From: Eledone cirrhosa
Taxonomy: Eukaryota
Direction of reading: 5' to 3'
DNA length: 64,000 nucleotides
Assembly (NCBI GenBank): GCA_964016885.1
Contig: OZ024760.1
Location: 1,550,001 to 1,614,000, forward strand
Below, one piece after another: positions 1-11,399 of the stretch. Each line of letters begins with the position of its first letter. Position 1 is the stretch's first letter. Below the pieces are notes generated by a model, which saw only the letters and a program-made list of their open reading frames with translations, did not search any database and was not told the DNA's origin. A program made the position numbers and the translations under genes.

Positions 1-3000
1 ATATAATTATCGCAGGCGACCTAAATGGTCACGTTGGACAACATTGTGACGGCTACGACGAAATCCATGGAGGCTATGGGTTTGGTACTAGAAATGAGGA
101 AGGCTCCAGAATCCTGGAATTCTGTGATGCAAATAACCTAACTATCTGTAACACTAACTTCAAAAAACGTGACAATCACCTGATCACCTATAGATCCGGG
201 GAACACACAAGCCAGGTAGATTATATCCTTACCAGAAGACGTGACAGAGTGTCTGTTGTTAACACTAAATCCCTCCCCCATGAAGAATGCACCTCCCAAC
301 ATAGACTGATAATTAGCGACCTCATAGTCAGGACGAGACGTACTCGACAACAGAAGAGGACTATCCTCAGGAGGAAAATATGGAAGTTAAAGGACCCCAC
401 AGCCAGGAATAAATTTCAAAGCATATTACTTGATGCTTTCGACAGTAAGGAAGAACATTTAGAGTCGGACAATATAGAGGGAGAGTGGGAATTTCTGAAA
501 GCAAACCTGCTGTTGGCGACAGACGAGGTCTGTGGCTGGAGCAGGCCTGTAGGCAGGAGGAGAGTAACATGGTGGTGGAACAGTAAGGTGGAGGGGTCAA
601 TTAAGGCCAAAAAGCAGGCTTGGAAAGTATGGCGGGATGGGGGAAGTAGAGAGGACTATCAAGTGGCCAGGAGGGAAGCTAGGAGACAAGTGTACTTAGC
701 AAGAAGGGAAGCTGAGGAAAGAAAGTTCAAGCATGTTCTACAACGCGATGACCAAAAACGTGAGGTGTTCAGGATTGCTAGGCAATGCGTCAAGGAAAAC
801 CGTGATATTGTCGGGGAGAAGTGTGTACTAAACGACGATGGCACACTTGCCATCACCGACGCTGATAAGAAGGTAGCTTGGAAGTGTCACTATGAAAGGC
901 TTCTAAATGAGGAGAATAATTGGGAGAAAGGCAGTCTCCCCCATATCGACCCAATAGAGGGACCAGCAGTGTTAGTCGAGGGGAGTATAATAAGTAAGGC
1001 AATCAAGGATATGAAGACTGGTAAGGCGGCTGGGCCTTCGGAAATAGTTGCTGAGATGCTGAAGGCATCTGGCACGGTGGGACACACCATGGTCACCCGC
1101 ATAGTTAACCAAGTCGTACAAAACGGGGTTGTTCCGAAGGACTGGCATAGCAGCATCATCGTTAACTGTTATAAGGGTAAAGGAGACGCCCTAGATAGGA
1201 GTAACTATAGAGGCATTAAATTAATCGACCAGGTCATGAAGGTCACGGAAAGAGTAATAGCGCAGCTAATCAGAGAGAGAATTGACCTAGATGAAATGCA
1301 GTTCGGGTTTGTGTCAGGCAAAAGTACCACAGACGCTCTTTTCATAGTACGACAACTACAAGAGAAGTACCTAGCTAAAGGTAAACCCCTCTACTTAGCT
1401 TTTGTCGACTTGGAGAAAGCCTTCGACAGAGTCCCCCGCTCCATTATCTGGTGGGCTCTTAGAAAACTAGGCGTTGACGAATGGCTTGTGAGGGCTATAC
1501 AAGCCATGTATAAAGAAACAGTCAGCAAGGTTAGAATTAACAACGAATATAGTGAAGAGTTTAGCGTAAAAGTCGGCGTCCATCAGGGCTCTGTTCTCAG
1601 TCCACTACTATTTATTATTGCCCTTCAGGCCATAACAGAGGAGTTCAAGACAGGCTGCCCATGGGAACTCCTATACGCAGACGACCTGACACTCATAGCG
1701 GAATCAATGGCCGAGCTAGAGAAGAAATTCCAAACATGGAAGCACGGCCTAGAGTCAAAAGGACTTAAAATTAACCTGGCTAAGACCAAAGTACTAGTTT
1801 GTAGGAAAGAAAACAAGGCGGCGGTCCCTTCTGGGAAATGGTCGTGCTCGGTGTGTAGGAAAGGCGTAGGTAGAAACTCCATTTTATGTCCTAAATGCAA
1901 AGTATGGGTGCATAAAAGATGTAGTGGGATCACAGGTAGGCTAACTAAGAACATAGATTTTACATGTGGCCGGTGCTCTGGTGCAATAAGTAGCAGCAAG
2001 TGCCCACAAACTACTAGCTCTTTCAATTGCGCAGAGGGTTCTATAGAAATAGTGGACAGCTTCCGTTACCTGGGCGATAAAATCAGCAGTGGGGGAGGGT
2101 GCTCTGAAAGTACTGTAGCTAGAGTCAGAACTGGTTGGAAAAAGTTCAGAGAGCTTATACCACTATTAGCTGCTAAAGGGTTCTCACTAAAAATGAAAGG
2201 CAGGTTGTACGATGCCTGCATACGAACAGCAATGCTGCATGGCAGTGAGACCTGGGCATTGTGTGCAGAGGATATACGCAGACTAGAGAGGAACGAAGCT
2301 TGCATGCTCCGCTGGATGTGTAACAGTAATATACGTGAACGGCAAAGCATAAACGAACTAAGGAATAAATTAGAGATAAGAGGGATCAGATGTTGTTTAC
2401 TCGAGAGAAGGCTACGTTGGTATGGACACGTGATGCGCATGAAAGTCGATAGCTGTATAACAAAGTGCAGGGCAATAAAGATAGACGGTAGTCACGGAAT
2501 AGGCAGACCTAGAAAAACCTGGGACGAGCTGATAAACTCCGACATCACACACTTACACCTCTCCAAGACAATGTCACTGGACCGAGACCTTTGGCGGTAC
2601 TCAGTAACAGAGAAGACCCGCCTTACCTAAATATATAGTAAAACCTACTCCAGCCAGTAGGCATCTCTAACAAATACACCCCGTCCCACCACCCCCACCC
2701 GATCCACACCACCCCGTTCTATGTAAAGTTATGTTGGTGCCGCGCCATCGAGGCCGAAACAAATGAGATCGTGTAGGTGTCACGACAAAAAAACACACAG
2801 TCCACGCTGTAATGTGGCCGTGTAGGCAACACGGTAAAAACCTCCCAGACCCACACTGTAAATGTGGTTGGTGTTAGGAAGGGCATCCAACTGTAGAAAA
2901 CCTGCCAGACAGTCCTATGCGAGCAAGACAATCACTCTTGCCTCAAGTGGGACTACCCCCGTCCAAACCCATGCAAGCGTGGAACACGGACGTTAAACGC

Positions 3001-3022
3001 TGATGATGATGATGATGATGAT
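1..3022 (+). mobile_element. RTE-clade non-LTR retrotransposon (LINE), 5' end outside window
   Basis: Open frame with APE endonuclease and RT motifs, ~370-nt 3' UTR, (TGA)n tail at ~3000-3022 followed by (TA)n. Confidence 0.95.
3..2630 (+). CDS. RTE ORF (APE endonuclease C-terminal part + reverse transcriptase + PHD-type zinc finger), N-terminus outside window
   Basis: Frame of the 249..2630 ORF is open back to base 3 (IIIAGDLNGHVG...TYRSG...VDYIL...SQHRLI); RT motifs QFGF, FVDLEKAFD, GVHQGSVLSP, YADD, FRYLG; RTE-type C-terminus RRLRWYGHVMR...GRPRKTW. Confidence 0.93.
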   Translation: MIIAGDLNGHVGQHCDGYDEIHGGYGFGTRNEEGSRILEFCDANNLTICNTNFKKRDNHLITYRSGEHTSQVDYILTRRRDRVSVVNTKSLPHEECTSQHRLIISDLIVRTRRTRQQKRTILRRKIWKLKDPTARNKFQSILLDAFDSKEEHLESDNIEGEWEFLKANLLLATDEVCGWSRPVGRRRVTWWWNSKVEGSIKAKKQAWKVWRDGGSREDYQVARREARRQVYLARREAEERKFKHVLQRDDQKREVFRIARQCVKENRDIVGEKCVLNDDGTLAITDADKKVAWKCHYERLLNEENNWEKGSLPHIDPIEGPAVLVEGSIISKAIKDMKTGKAAGPSEIVAEMLKASGTVGHTMVTRIVNQVVQNGVVPKDWHSSIIVNCYKGKGDALDRSNYRGIKLIDQVMKVTERVIAQLIRERIDLDEMQFGFVSGKSTTDALFIVRQLQEKYLAKGKPLYLAFVDLEKAFDRVPRSIIWWALRKLGVDEWLVRAIQAMYKETVSKVRINNEYSEEFSVKVGVHQGSVLSPLLFIIALQAITEEFKTGCPWELLYADDLTLIAESMAELEKKFQTWKHGLESKGLKINLAKTKVLVCRKENKAAVPSGKWSCSVCRKGVGRNSILCPKCKVWVHKRCSGITGRLTKNIDFTCGRCSGAISSSKCPQTTSSFNCAEGSIEIVDSFRYLGDKISSGGGCSESTVARVRTGWKKFRELIPLLAAKGFSLKMKGRLYDACIRTAMLHGSETWALCAEDIRRLERNEACMLRWMCNSNIRERQSINELRNKLEIRGIRCCLLERRLRWYGHVMRMKVDSCITKCRAIKIDGSHGIGRPRKTWDELINSDITHLHLSKTMSLDRDLWRYSVTEKTRLT

Positions 3023-3143
3023 ATATGTATACTTATGTATGTATATATGAATGTATATATATGTATATTTATATATATATATATATAGCTAAGCCTGTTT
3101 AATTATGTTTATATCTCTGTGTATCTGTGTATTCGTATGTGAT

Positions 3144-3192
<49 letters not shown>

Positions 3193-3537
3193 TACATGCA
3201 ACATATACAGACACATGTACATCCTGTTAATTGCAGTTATATATGTATATATTATATATACCATTTCGAAAATAAACTATTGGAGCATTGAGTTGATTGA
3301 AATTCTTACAAAATATAAAAATCTCAGACGCAGGAAATAACTGTAAACACAGTTGATTGTTATAAATAATAGCTTAGAAAACGGGTAAAATACCTCTTTA
3401 GATGGAAAAAAGTTATTTTGCGCAGTTCAGTTTTCTACATTTTCTTAGAATATATACACATATATATATATTTTTTATCTCTTTTTTTCTCACTAACTCC
3501 TTCCTCACTCCTTCTCTGAGTCCCCCCCTCCCCACAC

Positions 3538-3573
3538 TTTCCTGATGAAGGGCTTATGCCCGAAACGTCGCAA
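3538..3573 (+). ncRNA. Minimal type I hammerhead ribozyme motif (Penelope-like)
   Basis: CTGATGA-A-GGGC ttat GCCC-GAAA-CGTC; palindromic ACGT stem III, GUC site; stem I imperfect. Confidence 0.7.
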
Positions 3574-4529
3574 CCACATTCCCTACTCACTAAATATGAA
3601 ACTAATACTATTTGTAACATGTACTCCCGTGTTGTCTGTTTTTTGTATTCCAAACTACATATACACATATATATACATCCATATATACATATACATACAT
3701 ATACATACATACATATACATACATATCTACATATATATATATATATATATATAACCCATGTGCAACCACGCAGCACGCCATTTTTCATATATTTATATTT
3801 TTTCCTCCGCTGCGACCTGTCTGTTTCTTTCTTACTGCTTCCCCTTTCTCTGTATCTCTCACCTTCTTTTTACCCCCCTCTGCCGGTCACTCTCTCTCGG
3901 CTGGCCTCCTCCTCACACTTTCACTCACTCACTCTCTGCTTCTCCCCCTCTCACTTCCTCCCGTTTAACCTATGTGAAATCCTTTTCTCGCTCACATCTC
4001 ACCCACTCTGATTTCACCGAACTTAAGTTCATAGATATCACGGACTTGTTTCTCCTCTTCCTCTCTTTCCGTTGCATTACCATCTCCGTTTGTTTACATG
4101 TGTCGCTCGCTTCACCCTAATTTACATGTCCCAATAACTTTCTTTAGTTATTGCTCGCACCAACCAGAGGTATATGATCTTTAAAGTGAAGAAATACCAA
4201 TGAAGGTTGGAAGATCACTGATGAAGGACTAATTTTATTCATATATATATATATATATACAACTATTTATTTCTTAATTTTTAAAATTAAATTTATTGTT
4301 CAACCCCTTAATCGTTAATTTTTAATCATGGATATATAAGATTGCTTAATCTTAAATTCATTAATTTTTTTAATTTCGGGGTTGGGAACTCTTAAAATTC
4401 AAATCCTTACTTAAATCTTAATATTTATATTATGTACTCCCTAAATCATTAACTTTATTAACCTGTTAAATCTTATTGAAAGTTCTTTTCCTTAATTTTT
4501 AATTTTTAATTTCTGAGTGTAGAACTTTA

Positions 4530-4626
4530 GTAGGGATTATCAAAACTTCGTAAATTTTCTGAAATTTTTTAACGAGATCTCTTAGAAAAAAAGTTTTTTT
4601 CTTTTGAAGGAATTTTTTAGGAAACT

Positions 4627-4657
<31 letters not shown>

Positions 4658-5197
4658 AGTCTCTTAATCTCTTCTGGTTTGTTAAGTTTATTGGGGCTTA
4701 TAAGCTATATGCACTTATTGAGGGATTTTTTAAGGTGCTTCTACGAGATACCAAGTCTTTTACTTTTAATGCGTAACTTATAAATTCTCTAATTTTTAAC
4801 CTTCAATCCCTAACTCTTAGGCCCTTTTCAAATTCTCTTAACTCCCTATAACCCATCCCTTTTACAACTCCTACAACTAATATAAAAGAGCCCCCTTAGA
4901 ATATAGACCCCAAATATACAAGCTGAGCTGTTGATGTATACTGCTAATCTTGAGTGAAACGTTGATGTAAACAATGATCTTACAATCACCTGTTATATGC
5001 CTTGAAAAGTCCCACCATGGGGTCGGACGAAACGGCTGTCGGCAATAAACTTGTTATGATGTCATAATAGTTCCTTTGTTCTTTTTCATTAATATCTCTG
5101 CTCTGCTTATACGCATAGAGCTTAACTAGCTACCGTCGCATATTTGGTAGGTCAGGCGTGATCATCGCGATTCACGTACGGCCTACCATACATCTTG

Positions 5198-5200
<3 letters not shown>
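4530..5200 (+). mobile_element. Decayed Penelope-like element 3' end (possible GIY-YIG remnant, then hammerhead and hairpin)
   Basis: Broken frames loosely resemble GIY-YIG (VGIIK ~ GIYK; LIFWFVKFI...LIEGFF...TFN); hammerhead at 4998-5044; hairpin 5145-5188; (TA)n flanks. Confidence 0.4.
4998..5044 (+). ncRNA. Hammerhead-like motif with variant core
   Basis: TGCC-TTGAAAA-GTCC(12 nt)GGAC-GAAA-CGGCTGTC-GGCA: stems I and II intact, GUC site, core UUGAAAA instead of CUGANGA. Confidence 0.6.
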
Positions 5201-5245
<45 letters not shown>

Positions 5246-5297
5246 TAAAATAATTCCAAGGCCATATTCAATTGGTTCAGGTTTATTACACCTGTTT

Positions 5298-5712
5298 AAG
5301 ACAATGTCACTGGATCGAGATCTTTGGCGCTATGCAGTTGTACAGAAGACCCACCTTCCGGTGCATACAAACCTACAGTCAGTAGGCACCTCTTAACTAA
5401 ATATACACCCCACCCTGCTCCATCCTCCCATTTCTGTTCACTGTAAAGTGGTTGTGTCAGTGACACACCAAAAAGCACCCAGTCCACACTGGAAAGTGGT
5501 TGAGTAGGGGGCATGATAAAAAGGCTCCCAGTCCACACTGTAAATGTGGTTGGTGTTTGGAAGGGCATCCAGCCATAGAAAACCTGCCGGGGACAGTTCT
5601 GTATGAGCAAGACACGGTCTCCCGACCAATCCCGCCTCAAGTGGAACAAAACCGTCCAACCCATGTTGGCGTGGATGATGGGCGTTAAACGATGATGATG
5701 ATGATGATGATA
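5298..5712 (+). mobile_element. Diverged RTE 3' fragment
   Basis: Encodes KTMSLDRDLWRYAVVQKTHLP (cf. end of main ORF), related 3' UTR, (TGA)n tail. Confidence 0.9.
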
Positions 5713-5940
5713 TTTCACTGAGGACTATCGGTTATGACAGCCCCAGGTGGTAAACCTATAAAACAATGAAATTACATAAAAAAAAACTTTAAGTTTGAAA
5801 AAGGTTTACTTTTCTTGCTGAGAATATGTGAACAAAAAAATCGATGGTAAAAAGGTGTGGTCAGCTTGTAAAATGGCTATTTCTCAGACATAAAATATGG
5901 TGGGGGTTGGTTTATATTCGAGTATATATAATATATATAT

Positions 5941-6279
5941 CATCATCATCATTTCATTTTACGTCCGCTTTTCCCTGCTTGCAAGGGTGGGACGGGAACT
6001 GGTTCTGGCTTGATTTCTACAGCTAGATGCCCTCCCTAACACCAACCTCATTTACAGTGAGTGCTGGGTGCTTTTTTGCCGTGGGACCTCCACGACTACT
6101 TTGCAGTGGAATGATAGGGACCCCAGTCCCTATCATCTCATTTCTACAGCTGAGTAAACTGGAGCAATGTGAAATAAAGTGTCTTGCTCAAGGAAACAAC
6201 ACATCACCCTGTCTGAGAATTGAACTCACAACCTTTCGATTGCAAGGCCAATGCTCTAACCACTAAGCCATGTGCCTCC
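5941..6279 (-). mobile_element. tRNA-derived SINE family 1 (CORE-like centre, RTE-derived 3' end)
   Basis: Minus strand: A box TGGCTTAGTGG, B box GAGTTCAATTC, CCTTGAGCAAGACACTT core, RTE-UTR-like GGTTGGTGTTAGG-AGGGCATC, (TGA)n tail; (TA)n flanks. Confidence 0.9.
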
Positions 6280-6374
6280 ATATATATATATATATATATA
6301 TACATACCAAGAAAAACTTGAACCGTTAAGGTATAGTTTCCTTGGTTATGTCAAAATTTATAAAACAGACTTCG

Positions 6375-6435
6375 TATTTTATCTGATGAGAGCGTACCAA
6401 AGTTTTCAGACCCTTGAAATATATATAATAGAATA
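6375..6435 (+). ncRNA. Type I hammerhead ribozyme motif
   Basis: TATTTTAT-CTGATGA-GAG...CTT-GAAA-TATATATA-ATAGAATA; 8-bp stem I with one G-U, weak stem II, AT-palindromic stem III. Confidence 0.6.
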
Positions 6436-6474
6436 AATATGGTTTTATAAATATAGTTTCCATTTATTTAATAT

Positions 6475-6533
<59 letters not shown>

Positions 6534-6661
6534 AGGGCGGTGCCCCAGCATGGCCTCAGCCGGATGGCTGAAACAGGTAAAAGAGTAAAAGAGTATATGT
6601 TATAAAGTGAAATGACAGGGGTCCAAATATGTTGAATTTCCTTAATTTTTTATTACTGTAA

Positions 6662-6719
6662 ACACTATGCACATTTCAGTGGCCAGGTTGCGTAAGAACC
6701 CGGTGACATCTTCAGGTGT
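6662..6719 (-). ncRNA. Type I hammerhead ribozyme motif
   Basis: Minus strand ACAC-CTGAAGA-TGTCACCGGGTT cttacgc AACCTGGCCACT-GAAA-TGTGCATA-GTGT. Confidence 0.65.
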
Positions 6720-6847
6720 AAATTGCATAATAGATATATACCAACGTATATATATATATATATATATAAGTATTTCCGTAGATAAGGTAAAGGAAAGAAG
6801 AGTGCTCTATATTATATATATATATATATATTTAATATCGAAATGGC

Positions 6848-6892
6848 TTCTACAGGACTAGAACTGCTTCATTTATATGAAATCATCAGGAA
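6848..6892 (-). ncRNA. Hammerhead-like motif, degenerate copy of the 7765 family
   Basis: Minus strand TTC-CTGATGA-TTTCATATAAAT-GAAG-CAG ttctagtc CTG-TA-GAA; GAAA changed to GAAG. Confidence 0.45.
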
Positions 6893-7019
6893 TGTGCTAC
6901 CTTATTTACTGTGGTTACCGCCCACCCTAACCCCCCAATTTAACTAGAGTTCTACATATATATATATGTGTGTGTGTGCATGTCTGCCTGTCTGTTGGTC
7001 TATTTATATCTCACTCTTC

Positions 7020-7229
7020 GTACTCCTGGAGATGAGGGTTGCACATTTTTTTTCGGGAGTATGTGTTACCCATAGTTAATGTCTCCCCCCTATTGGGGAA
7101 AATCCATTGTTTTTCTTTAATTTTCATCTGTGATATTGTTTTAAACGTTTTTATTGAATGTAAACTTCCCCCATTGTACTTGTCCCCTTCTTTTGTGCCC
7201 TTGTGGCTAATAAAGAAATATATCTATCT
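7020..7229 (+). mobile_element. Tx1/L1-like LINE 3' UTR fragment
   Basis: CTCCCCCCTATTGGGG...CCCTTGTGGCTAATAAAGAAATATATCTATCT shared with 19640-20115 and 24085-24570. Confidence 0.65.
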
Positions 7230-7764
7230 TTCACTAGAAACCAGTAAATGAATTTATATTACAGACAAAGTCAGACATATGGGTGTGTGTGTGTGTGTGT
7301 GTGTGTGTGCTGGGGTAAGTTTTAATTGCTGGAATGGCTGGAAACTGTTCTAGTCAATGTCACCCCTCCCCGATTTTTTTTTTCTTATTTTGTTTTCGTT
7401 TTTTTTTTTCTTATTTTGGTTTGTTAGTTATTTTGCTTGATTCCTTCTCTGTGAAGGGAAGAAAGGAAGGAAGGAAGGAGTATGGTTAGCCTTATCTTAA
7501 TTGAAATCCAATTTGTATGTGAAGGATTACAAGGTGTATTGGCTGGGTGGGGTGGGGGCTACCCTTAAGAGGTACTGGACCATGATGGACTTCTACCCCC
7601 CCCCCACACCCACCTACATCTTATATTCACACTCACACATGCATATACACACATGTGCACGCATATTCACATTTGCACACATTCATATATGTACTCAGAC
7701 ACATACACACACTTACTCAGTACAAAAGTTATACAAGAGTATAAAAGTTTTAATATAGATGAGA

Positions 7765-7808
7765 TTCTACAGGACTAGAACTGTTTCATTCTTGAGAAAT
7801 CATCAGGA
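7765..7808 (-). ncRNA. Type I hammerhead ribozyme motif
   Basis: Minus strand TC-CTGATGA-T TTC tcaa GAA T-GAAA-CAG ttctagtc CTG-TA-GA; GUA site; stem I truncated by (TA)n. Confidence 0.55.
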
Positions 7809-7867
7809 TATATATATATAGTGTATGAAACTTTGTTTATACTATATATATATATATATATATATAA

Positions 7868-7922
<55 letters not shown>

Positions 7923-8474
7923 ATATATATATATACACACACAGACTACAAAAGTGAAAAGCCAATCAAATTAAGTCAGCTAAGTTAGGTAGGGGCTGGG
8001 GGGGGGGGGGGGGTGAATTAGTGTGGAGTGGATCAAACCCCATGAGGGTGGTAGTAAAAATAAAAGGAACCCCCACCACCACCACCACCAGCAGTAGCAG
8101 CCCCTAAATTAAGGAGAAAGTGAGGAAAGATACCCAACCATGCATGTAAATCTGATTTGACAGTGGTGGGAGGGGAGGGGCTGGATTGAACTGAAGTTTT
8201 TTTTTTTTTTTTTCTTTTTTACACTTTTGCTTTGATAGGGAAATAATGATAGAGATAGATAAATAAATATATGTAGGTATGTGTTTATACATACATGTGT
8301 GTGTGTGTCTGTATATATATCTATATATGTGTATATTTATATATATATGTGTGTATGTATATACATATATATATATGTATATATATTTATATGTGTGTAT
8401 GTATATATATATGTGTATGTGTATGTATATATGTTTGTTTGTATATATGTATATATATATATGTGTGTGTGTGT

Positions 8475-8514
<40 letters not shown>

Positions 8515-8638
8515 CAAAGGAGGTATGGTAAGAAACCAGATGGACCATGATGCACCAGAGTACTCAATATGGCTTGGGCTCTGCTGTCTGGGTTAAACAT
8601 TTTCCTGTGTATACTACCAACCCTCATATAGATATGTG

Positions 8639-8671
<33 letters not shown>

Positions 8672-8760
8672 GAATATATATATTTTCCTGGAGTATGGTT
8701 TGCTAATTTCTTGTGGAACTAACTCTCTCTCTCTCTCCCCACCCCTCTCTCTCTCCCACC

Positions 8761-8793
<33 letters not shown>

Positions 8794-8841
8794 CATTCGT
8801 TGTACTGCCTCTCTGTTTTGTTCCTGTTCAAATTTTTCCAT

Positions 8842-8873
<32 letters not shown>

Positions 8874-9259
8874 CACACACACACATTTTTTCAAAACTAT
8901 ATTTTCAAACCATAGACAGTATATTCCATTAGAAATGTGGTAAGGAGAGTGAGTGTTAGCCTGTGGTTTATATCAGTTTCCTTGGTGTCTGTGAAAGAGG
9001 ATTATATATATATATATATATATATAGTAATAATAATAAATTTGAAGACTAAAATCCAAAGAGGGCTCAATAAGAATAAATATATATCAGATATATAAGA
9101 ACCATAGAGCAAATATTTATTAAAATAACAGATTAACTTTAATCTATTTTAATAAATATATATAGATATATATATATATATCTTTTGTTTATTACTATTA
9201 TATATATAATAGTAATAAACAAAATATATCATCTGTATTTCATTATATATATATTTTGA

Positions 9260-9412
9260 AGAATGCTTTGACGCATAGAGTTACGGCCCTTGCCATTCTG
9301 AGTTCAAATCCCGTCGAGGTCAACTTTGCTTTTCATCCTTACGGGGTCGATAAAATGAAGTACCAGTAATGTACTGGGTAATTGCTGACCTTGTGCCAAA
9401 GGTAGAAACAAT
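9260..9412 (+). mobile_element. tRNA-derived SINE family 2
   Basis: B box GAGTTCAAATCC then GCTTTTCATCCTTACGGGGTCGATAAAATGAAGTACCAG, repeated more than ten times in the window. Confidence 0.85.
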
Positions 9413-9544
9413 TATATATATTTTGAAGATGTAAAGTTTTATGTATAACATAAAGCAAAACATGTCCTCCTCAGACAAAATACGTAGAAGATGTTTAATT
9501 CTTTTACTGATATGCTGGACAGATCGGTGACCACCAGGCATATA

Positions 9545-9735
9545 TCATCATCATCATCATCATCACCGTTTTACGTCCGTTCTTCCACGCTAGCATGGAT
9601 TAGACGGGTTGTCCTGTTGTGGGCAGTGTCGAGTGCTGGGTGCTTTTTCGTGGCGCCTACACGTCCACTTTACAGTGTGGGCTGGGTGCTTTTTTGCCGT
9701 GGCACCTCCACGACCACCTTGCGGTGGGGGCATAT
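9545..9735 (-). mobile_element. RTE 3' UTR-related fragment
   Basis: (TCA)n followed by reverse complement of the RTE terminal UTR motifs. Confidence 0.75.
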
Positions 9736-10234
9736 TGTCTATATGCTTCAGCTTGTACCCATGGGAGGTCGGGTACTCTGTATTACTGCGTGACGCCAGA
9801 GGTCACGGTGGTGTGTCATCGCCTTTATATATATATATATATATAAGAGAGAGAAATAGTATATATACATACATACATATTTTATGGTTATGCAAGGACA
9901 ACATAAACCAGGACTGTACCAACATTTGCATTCAATTGGATATAGTCATAGTTTTTTTGTTCTACACCTAGCATACGACTATATTTAAATGGGGCTGTTC
10001 CTCCAGCGGGAGTGAGAAGGCCCTGGGTTAGATTGGATTGGATTTATATGTATTTAAAAGGGTGGGTCAATGGCCTTCCACCTTGTGTATGGGTTAAATA
10101 AATAGCCTCACTAGCGTGGTGAGTATGACTACACCCCTGACATGGCCAAAACCAAACAGAAAGTGGTGGAGCTCAACTAGGGAGGAGTTCCTCCAACAGG
10201 AGGGAAAGGGGCTTGGATTGAATTTCTGGCTGGT

Positions 10235-10451
10235 TTAACCCTTTAGCATTTACATTACTGTATATATATATACTATTGTATTTTTGTGCAAAGGCTTTAT
10301 CTCGCATAATATCAATTCTACTAGATTTTGATATTATTTATTTTGAGAACAATACCTTAATATCAGTATGAGTGGCCGATTACGGTCAGTTTGAATAGAA
10401 AGAAGTAAGAATTCTGGCCGGATATGGCTGGTTTACATGCTAAAGGGTTAA
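10235..10451. mobile_element. piggyBac-type MITE
   Basis: TTAA-CCCTTTAGCAT...ATGCTAAAGGG-TTAA; same family at 25821, 43139, 53203. Confidence 0.85.
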
Positions 10452-11399
10452 ATTGAAGACAGGGCTGCTGATCCAAGGGTGTACAATAGTTTTAAAAACT
10501 GGTTTAATTAATACTGTTGTTTAACTCTTAACATCCTGTAATTATTTAGTTGTGAGTGAAATTGGGTAGACAGAAACTGTTTGGATGCCTGTCAAATGGA
10601 CTACATACCCAGGGCCTATGAACAGTAATTCACTACGTCCAATAATCTGAACCTACCATCTTTAATGAAAGAACCTGTTGTTGTTGTTTAACCCTAGGCC
10701 AGATAACGTAGCTACAGCTTAGTGACCCCAACAGACTTTATTTTCTCATAACTTTCTTAATAATGAAGATATTTTAATGAAATTTTGAAGACAAATTTTC
10801 TACAATGTAGATTACGATTATGTTAAGATTAAGAAATACAGGAGAATATTAGTAACATCTTTATTTTTTTCTCGCGATTCATATTTGTAGAAAAGATAAT
10901 CTTCCTGCAGAGGGTCTCTTGTTGTTGTTTAACCCTAGGCAAGGCCTATGAGAGGGGGGGGGGGGGTCCAGCCAGTACTTTGTTCTGGGGTCAAGAGCTA
11001 AGCAAGCCCCACAACACCCATGCAACATCCATTTTGAGAAAAATCTTTGCCTGTTTCGGGGTCTTGTACCGGCTTGCAAAACATATCCCCGTCCCCATTC
11101 TACACTGCAAATAACTGGCAATGGGCTTGTGACCTCTTCTGGAATGCATGGGATGGACTCACAAATATCACGTAACCTGAGACCCCAGTGCATTACTGGT
11201 GCTTTATTTTATCGACATCAACCACCACCGCCATAACACTATAATCACCTCAATACCACCACCACCACCCCTCACTAATTTATCAATATTCAGGAAGGGC
11301 AAGTGTGGGGTAAAGGGACGGGTCATGGGCAATAAATTGTGTCTTCTTTTTTGTTTTTCACTCAAAGACAGTGTCGACCCCCACCTGTGTTGTATAATA

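Noticed and set aside
1625-2440. Antisense ORFs over the RTE
   Set aside because: Shadow frames of the RT coding strand with no recognisable domain
6200-6279. tRNA gene
   Set aside because: A/B boxes belong to a multi-copy SINE head followed by CORE-like and RTE-like sequence
8521-8532. AGGTATGGTAAG reading RYGK like the end of the missing eya exon
   Set aside because: Preceded by (TA)n, no WDLDET coding sequence upstream; chance match
9413-9476. Additional hammerhead (minus strand CTGAGGA...)
   Set aside because: GAAA reads AAAA and stems are poor; likewise partial motifs at ~5718, ~27704 and ~59008 lack a complete fold
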